Below are positions 26,490 through 38,871 of a stretch of DNA of 64,000 nucleotides, one piece after another. Each line of letters begins with the position of its first letter. The stretch's first letter is position 1. The notes under the pieces are model-generated. The model did not search any database, had not been told where the DNA came from, and worked only from the letters and a program-made list of their open reading frames with translations. Source of the stretch: Sphagnum compactum (taxonomy: Eukaryota); NCBI GenBank assembly GCA_965153455.1, contig OZ234493.1:27270213-27334212 (forward strand), in the 5' to 3' direction. The translations under genes were made by a program, and so were the position numbers.

Positions 26490-28000
26490 TCAACAAACAA
26501 CCATTTTTTAATTCACACTTATAATTCGTTGCATTGCCTTATTAGAAGATGTTTATCAATCTAGTTGTACTTATACATACAACAAAAAACAACTCAAGCA
26601 CATCAGTAAATGGGAAAAAAATTAATCAAACAAAACATGAAGCAAATCAAACCAAGGCATTCAAACAAAAAAATTTAATTAAAAAAATTAGTATATTAAT
26701 TCCTCATATGAGATTGGGTCTTTGTGACATGTGACCTCCATACTATACTTTCAAAAAACCAAAGCCTCTTCCATACAAGTGATGCCAACACTTATACATG
26801 TCTTATTGGACAAGACTTTCTCCTTCAATTTAGGAAAGTCAACAATAAGAATATCCAACAATAAATCCCAGCTACTTGCGATGAATTGTAGATGCTATAA
26901 ACCATACTTGATCTAATGCCCTCCATTTAGGCTTAGTGTGTAAGAAAAATGGATGTAGCCCAAGCTTGTCATCAGGCCACTTGGTAGGACAATGTTGAAC
27001 TAACTTTTTGTAAGTGGAAATGACATCATCAACAAGACAATCAACTATAGGACAATGGTGATTTGCTAAACATCTAATAATACCACTACGCCAATTTTTG
27101 AAACTCCCTAACAAAACCTAATAACAAGTAGTGACCTTAAACCAAATTTTTCAAAATCAACATTGTAGAGTTTAAAACACCCCCTTTAAATCAACAATGA
27201 AAAAGTTTAAAACATAAAAATATCCAAATTTGAGATTTAAACTAGATGGAAAATTAGGTTGACATATTAGTTGTGTTAACATTTGTCATTCTTTTTTGAT
27301 GGACAACATTTCAAATTTTTTAATAACCTTTTCAAGTCTAGTTAATGATGATTGAAAAATCACTTCATCACCAGCAACCTTAATTCGGTGATACCTTGGA
27401 TCAAGGAAGATGTTGAACGGAACTACAAGCACCTTACCAAATTCAACCACATGTTACTCCTACCTCTATTGTATCAGTTTTCCAATACCTCTTATTAAAG
27501 ATTGAATGTTTTTAAAAAAACACAAATAGAAAAACAGAACAAAACACAAATGTTGTTGTAAGCAATAAACACCTTAAACCGTAATATAGTCCAACAAAAC
27601 CTTTAACCATAAAGTTTCTTTCCAAACAAGAAAAACCTTAAAACCTAATTTACCTTGTTTGCAAACAACATAAACAAAAAGCAGAAAAAAGAATTCAAAA
27701 TTTGCAAACAAGAGAAATAGAAAGCAAAAACATGAAATTAAAAATTTGAAAATAAAACAATACCTTGTTGGAAGGTATAGGTTGTTGTCATTTTTTTCAA
27801 CTTGCAACACAAATGAAAATAACAAATCTACCAAATCTTTAATAGATTCTTCATTTTCAAATAAATATATAATTGATTTTTGCATGTCAAAACTTTGAAA
27901 CACTCGCCATTCATCAAATGTGTTTTTTGCCCAAAGTTCAGCATGTTTACTTGCTCTCCAACCTCTTCAATTCACATTTTCCATCTCTTTTAAATTAATG
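26490..28000 (-). mobile_element. Decayed intron-containing DUF3504/Crypton-like tyrosine recombinase gene
   Basis: Manual translation: SKHAELWAKNTFDEWR...LLFSFVLQVEKNDNNLYLPT|(S)IQSLIRGIG...PFNIFLDPRYHRIKVAGDE...FKNWRSGI...HPFFLH...QVWF...KVLSNKTCISVGITCMEEALV.KYSMEVTCHKDPISY. GT donor at 27763; many stops. Confidence 0.65.
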
Positions 28001-31000
28001 ATATCCAAAAGCAAGACTTCAACATTGGTTCCTTAACAAGAGATTCACATTCAACCCCTTTAACAACATTAAATCCATAAGCAAAAAGTTCACAACTACT
28101 CTAATCAGTAGAATCAAAAGTAACAACAACCCCATGGTTAGAATCATCAAAAAATCAAATGTAAAAAGAAAAACATTGGCATCAAAATCTTCAAGACTCG
28201 AAGGAATAAAATTGTCAAAAAAGTGCATAGACATATATATCTCGCATTTGTTTTAGGATTCAACTTGGGAGAAACAACACAAGATTCTACAAGAGACTCA
28301 TGCATGTAATCAGCATATTGCACATAACTCTCACTTTTATCATTAACCACAAAAAATCATCACCAAAGTTAATGGTGACTATTGGTGTGGGTAGCCCAAT
28401 AAGAGAGGATCCATAAATTGTTAGGTCTAGCAATTGACTGGGAAGAATGGGAGGAATATTTACTGCAAGTAAGATATCTTTAAAAACTTCAAGAACAAGA
28501 TCTGCAAACCTCTCATTACAACCTTTTTCATAGTTTTAAACATTGTAAAAAACAAAAACAAACAACAATCAAAGGAAGAAAAAAAACACTGACTAAAACA
28601 AAAAGTGTAACATAAAATCTAGAAGAATGGCACCTTCACAACACATCAAACAAAAAAACCAAGAAACTTTGAGACATGCAAAACTAAAACTAAAAGAACA
28701 CAAAAACTTGCACAAATCAAACAAAAGAACTAATGAAATAGCCAAATAGTTTCAAGAAGATATCAAAACACAAAAAAAACAAAACAATGTAAAAGAAGGC
28801 AAAAGGATAGCAAGATAATTTGTGATGCAAAAATAATAGTGATGCATGCACAATATAGAACCAAATGCCATGCAAATGTGATGTGGTTATGGTCAGGGTG
28901 AGCTATAAGCATGCAGATGTGATGCGATTGTAGTGAAGGCGAGATACATGCGCCATGCTGATGTGATGTAAGTAGGAGATGTAAATGTGGGTGGAATTGG
29001 CACGATGCAAGCTAAAGATGAAAATGTGAATAAATATGAAGCACGAAGACACATTATCGATTAGAGTAGCAATTCGCTAACCAAAGAAATTAAAAATGCC
29101 TGCAACATGACGTAGAAATGTAGAAGGGCAAAACAAAACAAAATAAAATAAAAAGAGGAAGGAGTGTGTTGAAAAATGCTTAGAAGCTGACAGCAAACAC
29201 TACTAGTGATGATACCAACACATAAATCACAACCCCAAGCGCAACAACAGTGTGCCAATTTTTTTAAAAAAAAACCAACATCGTGACACAACAAAAGAAG
29301 AAGGAAACAAAATAGAACCCAAAAAATGAGGAAGGAGCTCCCTAAAAATTGTGAAAAAATAGACAACAAACATTGTCAAAAATTGCCGGCACACAAGTCA
29401 CAACACCAAGCGCAAAAACAAGGTGTTAAACAAAGAAAAATAAAATCTAGCATCACAAAACATAATTCAAAAAATGAAAAAAAAGCTCCTTGAAATTGGG
29501 GAAAAAATAGACAATGAGCATTATTGGAACCAACACACAAGTTGTAACACCAAGCGCAATAACAACACGCTAAACAAAGGAAAAAAATAACCAACATTGC
29601 GAAGGAGAACACATAAGAACAAAGTTAATAAAAAAACTAACAAAATGAAAAAGGAGCGTCATAAAACTAGGAAGAAATAGACGATACCAAGTTCATCAAC
29701 AATGTGACAAACAAAAATACAAAGAGAGTTGTAGAAGGAGTGCCCTGAACAAAACAAAAAACGTGGTGAAGGAGTGCCTTGAAATGAACAAAGAAACAAC
29801 TGACAAGCATTGTTGATAATGATCACCAGCATTGAAAAGAATGAACCTTGTACAATTTGTTAGGTTAGAGATGTGACGAACAATGAAAAAATGTGTAAAA
29901 AACGAATTCGGTGCAAAAGAAAAGAAACGCCAACACTTGATGTAGGTGAAAGGTCTAAGAATAAACTCTTCCAAATTTTTGACTTGGACCATTGGCCTAT
30001 TATCGACCTTGAATTAGGATCTCAAATCCAAAAAGGTCTATTCCTAGACCCTTCTCTTCTATCAAAAACTTCAAAACCATTTACAAATCAACTTTTAAAC
30101 CATCCCCAAGAACAAGTGGAAATTGACCTTAGCTTAAACTTGGAACTAAAAGCTCTTATAAAAGCTGAATTTGGACCCAAAATTGGTAGGTTTTCATTTT
30201 AGAATATATTCCCTAAACTTGGAATCAGAAAGTTTTCCATTTAAAAAAAGAAACTCCAAACTCTAAACCCAATAGTTCTAAACATAAACCTAATGATGAT
30301 ATATTTGCATTTCCAAATTCCATTTGTTGACATGAGGATGATGATGATAATGGTACGTATGCATTTCCAAATGCCATTTGAGAATCGAAATATTCTAATT
30401 TGTTGACAACAACACATGATGATGATGATGGAGCATATGCATTCGGAAATCCCGTTTGAGGAACAAAACACTTTCATTTATTGGCCTTGCGTACAAGGCA
30501 AGGATATTGTGTTTAGATTCATTATAAAGTATACTAGCTTAATGGATTTTGGCCCTTAGGTAGTAGGTTTATTTTTATATGCGGATTTTCAAAAGATGAT
30601 ATTTTGGTTTGTGTTGAAACTTGAGATTAGTTATAAGTTATGATATCTTGAAGGATTTTCGTTTCTTTTAGAGGATTTTTTGAAGATTATGTTTTTGCAT
30701 GGTGAACTATTTGAATTTCCACCATTCTTCTTTTGCCTTAAGATACTTTTTAATGTAAATGGCAAGGCCACACAACGTGACACAGCACTTTGTTGTTGAT
30801 GTCAACAAGTGATGATGGTGGTATGATGATGGCACATATGCATTTCCAAATCCCATTCGAGGAACAAAAGACCATGACAAACAACAACGTTGCAAAAGTG
30901 CACATGCAAAAATAGATTTGTGAGGCAAAAAAAAATCCAATCCAAACTTGACATACATAACAACCGAATTCGTTGGCAAATTTCCCCAAAAAAACGTGGA

Positions 31001-31881
31001 AAAAACTGATCATCGTTGTACAACCTCGTTCACCACGACGACGACGGCGCGCCGTAATTTCACGCTTGCCGCCAATCGGCGCGCAATCGTCCATTTACGC
31101 TCGCGCTTCACGCGAATACTCGTTCCTTCCTTCTCTCACGCTCTCGGCTTTTGCAGTCGGCTACAGTGATTCGAGAGCCCGAGGGCAACGGAAGGGAGCT
31201 TCGAGTTCTCACTGCGCATCCGATGGCTGATTCTTCTCTGGCTCTTCCCCTGCTGGACAAATTTTTGTCTCCGGTATTGTCACATTGGGAGGAGTTGAGA
31301 GCTTGAATAATCCTACTTGCCGTGTTTAGTCATTATTACTGGCGATTTTTGTTATGGTTTCATTCTTGTAAACCAGTTGGCGTAGAGGTGATCGTTTGGT
31401 TTGCTGATCAATGTGTTGCTCGACTCCGCGAGTGGGCGACTTCGTGTGCCTTTCGCTATGAGCCATTGTCTTGACGACGACGACGACGACAACGATAGAG
31501 GAGTTGGAATTGGTTGGCTAGTGGGCCGGCCAGGTCTTAGGCGATTAAGATCTTACCGCGCGAAGATATGAAGGAGACTAGTAGTGATGAAGTTATCCGA
31601 GACTCCACAAGTTAGAGAACGTTGTTGCAACGTTGTTCGTGGCCAAATCTGACGACATCTTGACAATCAATCCTCGTATTGGAAAGTGGGAGCCCCGAAA
31701 ACTTCCACACTCCAAGGTAGAGAGAGAGCGAGAGAGAGTCTTCACGAAGCTTGATTTCTGCTCGCGGCAAAGGTTTTCTTCGCCAAAGCTACGATCGCCG
31801 GGGAGGAGTCTGAGAGGCGATAATGGTGTAGCATCAGCATTCAGGATGTGAGCACCAACAGACGGATTTCCGGAGAACAAC

Positions 31882-34800
31882 ATGGAGACGGATCCAGAGT
31901 ACGTCAGCGTATCGATTACGCCTGACGAGCTTCAACAAATTGAGCATGTGCTGCGGACCTCAGGAGCGCGCTTGAAGGAGCTTTACAAAAAGGTAAATTG
32001 TTGAACAATCTCTACCTTTCTGATGATAATAATATGGACGAATCTCTCCCCTTGTATCACCTTGATTCCCGGATTCTTTTATAGGTTTTCACAAGATTCT
32101 TCAGTTATCTGAAGAAACTATGTACTTGCCTTTTTGCCCATACCAGGTTTCAGAATCTGCGTTCAAGGACCTCGGTGCTGTCTTCGAGACACTGCACTGG
32201 GACATTCTGAAAGAGACTGGTTACATGAGTTGGTTCGGACTAGCCTTCACATTAGCTGGCTATCTCAGCTCTTATTGCCAGGGGGAAGAAGTAGCAAGAT
32301 CTGCTGCTGCTGCTGGAGACAAATGGTTGAGCTTGAAGGCCCAGACCGATTTCATTGCTGACCAGCTTGATGAACTGAAGCTTTGTTTACAGGTGGACAA
32401 TGACATCTTCAAGCTTGCAGCTGGCACTCTGTTGTATTGTTGGACAGTGATCCAACATGCGAAGTCCAAAAACCGGGGGTGAGTATAATCTGTCTCAGTA
32501 CATGTCATGCATCCAGTTGTGATTGTCTATTAGGCTAAAGTGTATTACATTGGTTCTGAAATCTCTTCCCAGACTCTCTCCTTATCTGGATATTTCATGC
32601 AGCATTCAGGATGATTTGTCTTCATGGCTCCTTAGTGAAAACCCAAGAATGAAGCAGTTCTGCATTGGATCTCTGCAGGCCATGCATGTTTATCCTTATC
32701 CTGAATCAGCACTCAATCAAGCTGTGATGTGAGCTAGCTGCAATGATATCCATGAGTAACGGGCACTCTTGCAGATGATTGAATGTAAAGCAGGTTTAGG
32801 GATTGTGTGTTGCTTCACAGGACTGGCAAATGTCTGAAAAGATGGGTTGTGAGTGTAACAGATGTTTATGCTTTGGACCACGGTCAGCTGGTTCACCTGT
32901 GAAGGAGCAGATAGAGAGCTCAATAGGGGAGCTCAAGAGCTTGCAGGATAATCTCACATTTGCAACTCTTGCAGCTGTTGGGAACCGGGTTTCACAACCC
33001 ATTAGTCCCCCTGGAACTACAATCAGAAAGTCAGGACTTGAGCTGTACACCATAACTGTAGGGCTGGAACAGCATGTTTCCACTATAGTTGAATTTGTGA
33101 ACAAGAATGGGGTCTGTCTGGTGGGTATTCATGGGCAAGCTGGTCTTGGGAAAACAACCCTTCTCAATGAAATTGTTGCCAAGGTTGAGAAGATTGAGAA
33201 GCGATTGTTTGCATACATTGAGGTGAGTGAGGATCTCCGCAAGCTGCAGTCGTCTCTTTTAGAACAACTTGGAGGTGGTAAGAAGGAAATTACCAGTGTT
33301 GCGCAAGGTAGGAGTGCACTTCTTTATCAGCTGCAGAAGCTAAAACAGAACAACAAGGTGGCTCGCATAGCTATTGACAACCTATATGATGTGCGGTTGG
33401 TGGGGGAGCTCTTCCCACACAGCTTAGGCAAAGTCCTTCCTGCAAACAGCTGTGTTATCATCACATGTCCCTCTCTCGCAATTCTTAGCAGAGTTGATCA
33501 GCTTTGTCGGCCTGCAATGCCAAATTACCACTACTTATCCTACAAGCTGCCTTGCCTGGCCCCACAGCAAGCGAAAGCCTTGTTCATCTCTCATGCTGCT
33601 TCAGAGCCTGTCAATACCCTCTATTCTATCAATGGGATATTTTCCAAGTATGGGGATCTGGCAAACCATTTCCTGCCATTGTGCGAAGGTCTTCCTATGG
33701 CCATCAAGGTTGTAGGTTCCTATTTTTCCAATCCCGCCAACCGCAATGAAGAGAACTGGACTGCCATAGGGAAGCGAATGAAGCAAGTTGCTGAAGAGAT
33801 GGACACATCTGAAGATCAGATGTTCGCAAAGCTATTGGTAAAATTTTAACACAATTGCATCTTTAGAAGCCCATGGATCTTGCTGCCTGAGTCCTATGGC
33901 TGTAACTAGCTGGATTGGGGAACATAAAATTTCTGCTCTGGTTTTTGCTGAAATTTTCACATGTTTTGGCAGTTGGTCTAGTACTTTGATGCATCGAATG
34001 GCAGTAATGTTTACCACTAGTTTTCCACATATGTAGGTCATATACGAGAAGCTAGGTCCAGCCCAGAAGGAAGCATTCCTCAATATCGCTGCATTTCTCC
34101 GTGGCTGGGACTGGAGGACAGTGGAGCGCATTGTTGGGAAACCACAGCTGGACACTCTAGTGGACCAGGCCCTTGTCAGTGCAAACCTCAAGGATGCTGA
34201 CAGCACTTCTGGCATTGCACAGTACACTCAATACTCGGAGAGGCCCTGGAAATCAGAGATGGTTATGATGCATGAGTTGCTGTATGCCATTGCTTGCAGG
34301 CGTGCTCAAGGCAATCGTGTTTGTTCTGAGGATCAGACCCACTTACCTGAAAGACTGAAAATGGATGGCCCTGGCATGGTTTGTTTCTCTGCATTTTCTG
34401 GGTGTCAGTTATTCCGGATGTTTCTATGGTCAGTTTGAGTTATACAGTCATTATTACATTTTGGTTTGAAAATCTGATTGTCCTACAGGTGCAAGTTAAA
34501 ATGAAGGGAAGCTTACCATCACAAGCCTGTTGATCTGGATACTATTGATTTCTTCATTAGATATGTCTCTTGTGCTTGTCAATGTGGTAGTGGGTCTTCC
34601 TGTTAGTTCAGAAAAGTTGCAAGTTAAACTCAGGGCACAGCTACTTCACAATTGTTTGCCCAAAATTTTGGGCATAATATTGTATATTGTATACTATCTA
34701 CACCAACTGTTGGAAGCTGATGAGGTCAGTGGAGTCACAGCAGACCAAAGGCTGAAGCTCTGAGACTGTCACCACTGTTTTTGTATTTTCATTCTCTTTT

Positions 34801-36558
34801 TCTCTTTATTGGGTGTTGTTTGTTACACAGTTGCCATTATGCAACCTGGTGGAGCTGTCTTGAAGCTCAGGTCTGTTTCCAGTAGCAACAGAGATTTCTC
34901 AATGTTCCTCAGTATTGAATCATGCTTGTACAAGAAATCCAATTCTATTTAGGACCCTGCTTGGAGATTGTTCCGTGTCACTCTTGTCGCAAAAGTCTTA
35001 AGTTGAGAGGATTGTTGCAGTCTTCAATTTTTGATTTGTATGAGCTGAAGCACAAGGTTATCCAATAACCACCTTGAGTTAGGTTTTAAACTAGCTGATA
35101 TTCAGCAGCCTTTGAGCGGCATCTGAATCAAGATATCATTGAAGTAATGACCTTTTGACTTGGGTCGTTTGTTTGTGTGTAGGAACTTAGTAACATTCAG
35201 GGGCTATCCCTGATAAGCTGCAAAGAAGCTCTGCAAGGTATGATGCTCGAGAAGATGCAGGGAGCACGGGTTCTGATCCTCCATGATACTGGTGTCAAAG
35301 GCTACTGCAACAAGCCCTTGAGTCAGCTGCAATTCTTTTACTGGGGGCGCAGCAAGGTTGCCCCAGATGTTCGAATCCCTTTCCAGATGGAAAGATTGCG
35401 CAAGCTGGAAATGGTCATCCTTCGTGCTGCTGAGATTGACCTTACTATTAAGGTATTGCCCAGAGTTTGTGCATTTAGTGAATTGTTCAAGTAGGATCAC
35501 TCAGGGAAAAATGAGCCCTGTTGAAGAATTTCAACTAACAGAAATTGGTAGCCACAATTTTTTATGAATGGATCTGGTTTTGTGTGCAGTTCCCTCCACA
35601 GCTTAAGGATCTCACCCTGATAGGGTGCAATAATATGGATGAATTGCATGACTGCATATTGCAACTGATAGGTTTGCTGGAGCTGCACCTGAATGGTTGC
35701 AACAGGCTTCATGACTTGACACATGAATTTGGCAAGTTGAAACAACTGCGACGTTTCCGCTTGGAGAACTGCCTAAGCATCCGTCAGCTACACAAGTCAA
35801 TTGGACAGCTTGCAAGCCTTCGTGAGATGGATCTCTCAGGCTGCACAAACATCACTGCTCTTCCTGCAGAGATTGGCAACATTGTGACTTTGCAGAAGCT
35901 GAATCTCACACTGTGCAAATGCCTGCTACAACTGCCAGCAGAAATTGGATCACTCCAAAACTTGACCCATCTCTATCTTGGACAATCTGGTATCAGAATG
36001 CTGCCTGAGGAGATTGGGAAGCTTTGTGCATTGGAAGAGCTTTCTCTCTCTGGTTGTGAGCGGCTGGAGAAACTGCCAGAGCAAATTGGGATGCTATCGG
36101 GTCTACTCCGGCTGAATTTGAGCTCATGCACAGATCTGAAAGAGCTGCCACCAGAGATTGGCAATTTGGGATCACTGCAGAAGCTTTCACTTAATTCATG
36201 CACCTCCCTATCCAGGCTCCCTAATGAGATTTTTGAGCTTCTTGAATTGCAGTCCCTGGATCTTGACTACATGAAGCTGCTGGCACACTTGCCAGCGGAG
36301 ATTGGAAACTTTCACAAACTCCACCGGTTATCCCTCAATTGCTGCACCAGGCTCAATCGGCTGCCCCCTGAAATTGGCAGCTTGCCTGTTTTACAAGTGC
36401 TTAACCTTGTCGGCTGCACAGGCCTGAAGCTGGAACTGCCAGCTGAAATCCAGAAACTGGCCAAGGACAAAAATGTGTATGTACATAGGGAGGATGACTC
36501 CATCACTGTGGAAGGTCCTAAAAACCCAAGCTTCAAGCTCTACAGCATGACATACTGA
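31882..36558 (+). CDS. NLR immune receptor-like protein (helical N-terminal domain, NB-ARC, LRR), ~999 aa
   Basis: Preferred exons 31882-31992, 32147-32478, 32862-33837, 34037-34378, 35183-35452 and 35590-36558 total 3000 nt in frame; the exon 2/3 junction is least certain. P-loop GIHGQAGLGKTTL, Walker B IAIDNLYD, RNBS-B SCVIITC, GLPL-like CEGLPMAIKVVG, RNBS-D KEAFLNIAAF, MHD position MHE, then ~12 24-aa LRRs (LxxLxLxxCxxLxxLPxEIG). Confidence 0.9.
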
Positions 36559-37704
36559 GCTGGATGCATCAGACCTTTGATGAAGCCTACACCAGGAATC
36601 AGTTATAAACAAGTGGATGTGCTCGTAAGATTCTGAATTTGAATGGCCTGCAATGATTCAATCTTCAAGAATGGATCTGCAATTGTGGAGAATCGCAGAT
36701 CCAATTTTGCAGTCTATTTACGTGTTCTTGACAGTGGCTTGTTTCAATAGATGGGGTCAAGTGAGTACAACAACAAAAGGTGAGTGTATTTTGGTCACTG
36801 GCCTTCAAACTTAGTTCCAGCCTTTGGTTCTCATAGTTTCCCTGCAGAATGCAGATTCTTAAGAAAAAAACAAACAAATACTCTAGTGTGGATATCATCT
36901 TGAAATAGGAATTATTTCCCAGGGTGCAGCAAGGTTAGTCAAGTTTTATAATTGTTGGGGTTTCAATGGACTGCAATATCCTTGCTTTGTGCACTTTGTT
37001 CTTCATGTGTGCCAGCATACATGAAGAATCCTTACAAAAATGTGTTCACATTTTGTACAAAGTTGCTACTGTAAGTTAGGTCTTCTTTTTACTTTGCTGC
37101 ATTGTGATATATTTAGATTTGAAAATCAGCATCCACATTCTGCATTTTTTGGTCGTACACATTGAGATTAAATACACTACAGATTGATCTACAAAATAGG
37201 GAACTCCAACTAGCGATTGCAACAAAGCACTTTCAGGTTGATATTGGATTCTCAGTTTGTGCATGCTTGATGTGAGTATCGTTGAGTCTGAGCAGTGGAG
37301 GTGATGTTCAAGATGAACTGGATTTTCAAGTACTGGAAATCAACTCATAACCTGAGTAACAGCAAATCAATGCTAGAGACATTGGTTTCTGGAATAGGCC
37401 TTAGTAGAGCTCTCTACACCTTACAGATTACTGCTTGTACTAACAGGCTTGCAGTGGTCTCGGGGTGGAATGAAAACAGTCACACCAGGCTGAAGGTAGC
37501 AATATCTCAACTCAGTTCTGATTTGCACTGGATCTCACCTTTGGAACAAATTGTGAGCAAATTGGGAAAGTGTCTTAAGGGCCACTCAGTCATAGGGTAC
37601 CTTGGAGGTTTAGGGTACTTTCCCATTGCTTTTTGTTTGTTTCAGTGAGGCAACTAAAGAATGCTCTTCCCCTATCAATGGGAAAGCACGGAGCATCACG
37701 GAGT

Positions 37705-37801
37705 ATTCCAACATCCTGGGGATGGTGACACAAGAGGCCAATCTTAATGCCAGAGTGAAGGCCTCTTGTCGCACCATTACAACTTCCCAGGATGTTGGAA
37801 T
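37705..37801. other. 97-nt imperfect fold-back hairpin
   Basis: ATTCCAACATCCTGGG (37705-37720) pairs with CCCAGGATGTTGGAAT (37786-37801); ATGGTG pairs with CACCAT; ACAAGAGGCC (37730-37739) pairs with GGCCTCTTGT (37760-37769); 20-nt loop. Confidence 0.85.
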
Positions 37802-37900
37802 CTTACAAAAGTTGGTTGGTTCATCTATAACTGATTTCTAAACCCTTCAGAGAAGTCTCCTAGTCTACTTGAAGGGCACACCCATCTTGGAGGGATGTTA

Positions 37901-38135
37901 GGGTTATCCATAAAGTCATCCTGTCTTCACCCTGTCTTTGGGCCTCCTTTCACCCCCTATCCTCTCTTTCCATGGTATCTGCAAAGTAATGAAATTTTAT
38001 TAAATCTCAGTATGAAACTCAGCATCTAATGCATAAGATTTGAGAATAATTATAGCAGTTGTACAGGTAAGAGCAGTGAAAGGAAAATGGAACGAGAGGA
38101 TGAAACTTAATTTAACACCAAAGTTGATGGTTTTC
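37901..38135 (-). mobile_element. Truncated Tourist-like MITE copy (same family as 58388-58764)
   Basis: Terminus TTA|GGGTTATCCATAAAGTC. The reverse complement aligns with 58503-58764 (TTTCACTGCTC.TACCTGTACAACT, TTAATAAAATTTC.TTACTTTG, CCAAAGACAGGGTGA). Confidence 0.65.
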
Positions 38136-38836
38136 CGAGGCTTAAGATCCCTTGGATGAAAGACCCCTCCCTCTCCTGATCTATGTGTGCTCAGGTTCAG
38201 GATGATGGTTGCCTTGTGCTTTATGATGGATAAAAGCCCATGGCAAGGAACATTGCCAAAATGCATGGCTGGACTTGACCAACACCTTGTCTGAGGCCCC
38301 CACCCTAAGGCTATACTGTACACAAAACAGGTTTCCAATGGATGGGTGGTGCTTACACCAAAAAACCAAAAGTGGATGGGGGTGAACCAGCACCCACCAG
38401 CACACACCATGGGGTTCACATGGAGGATCATCCATTGGTCTGCTGATGGGTGTTGATTCACTTGGGCCCATCTTTGGTGAGATCACAGGTTCCTGTTCTA
38501 AGGTGGGTAGTAGAACATTGCATATCTAATCCTTTTGCAGACATCCTCATCAGTCTAGTTCCGGTATTATTGCAGCTAACATTGAGAGGCAATATTGGCT
38601 TTTTATGTTGGCCTCATTGGACACACCAATTTGTTGGCTCTCTGCCTAAAAGAAAGAGACTTTGCAATCTGTGTAGGATTTTTGCAATAAAATTTCAACC
38701 CGAACTTAGAACCAATGTGTGAATGACAGCTGGAGAAATTAAGCTATGCTGCATTCTTTTATCAGATCCAGCTTGCATTTTAAATGACTTTAAGCCTAAT
38801 ATTTTGACCTCTGGAAAATTTCACAAAATTTTGACC

Positions 38837-38840
<4 letters not shown>

Positions 38841-38869
<29 letters not shown>
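38841..38869. repeat. (TA)n microsatellite
   Basis: About 14 consecutive TA units. Confidence 0.95.

Positions 38870-38871
<2 letters not shown>

Noticed and set aside
32393-32820. Alternative NLR intron (donor 32393, acceptor 32820)
   Set aside because: It is in frame but uses a weaker donor (GTGGAC) than GTGAGT at 32479. Not preferred, though not excluded without RNA data.
38000-38486. Overlapping 153-aa and 101-aa minus-strand ORFs as a gene
   Set aside because: No recognisable domain, and the longer ORF runs into a MITE copy.
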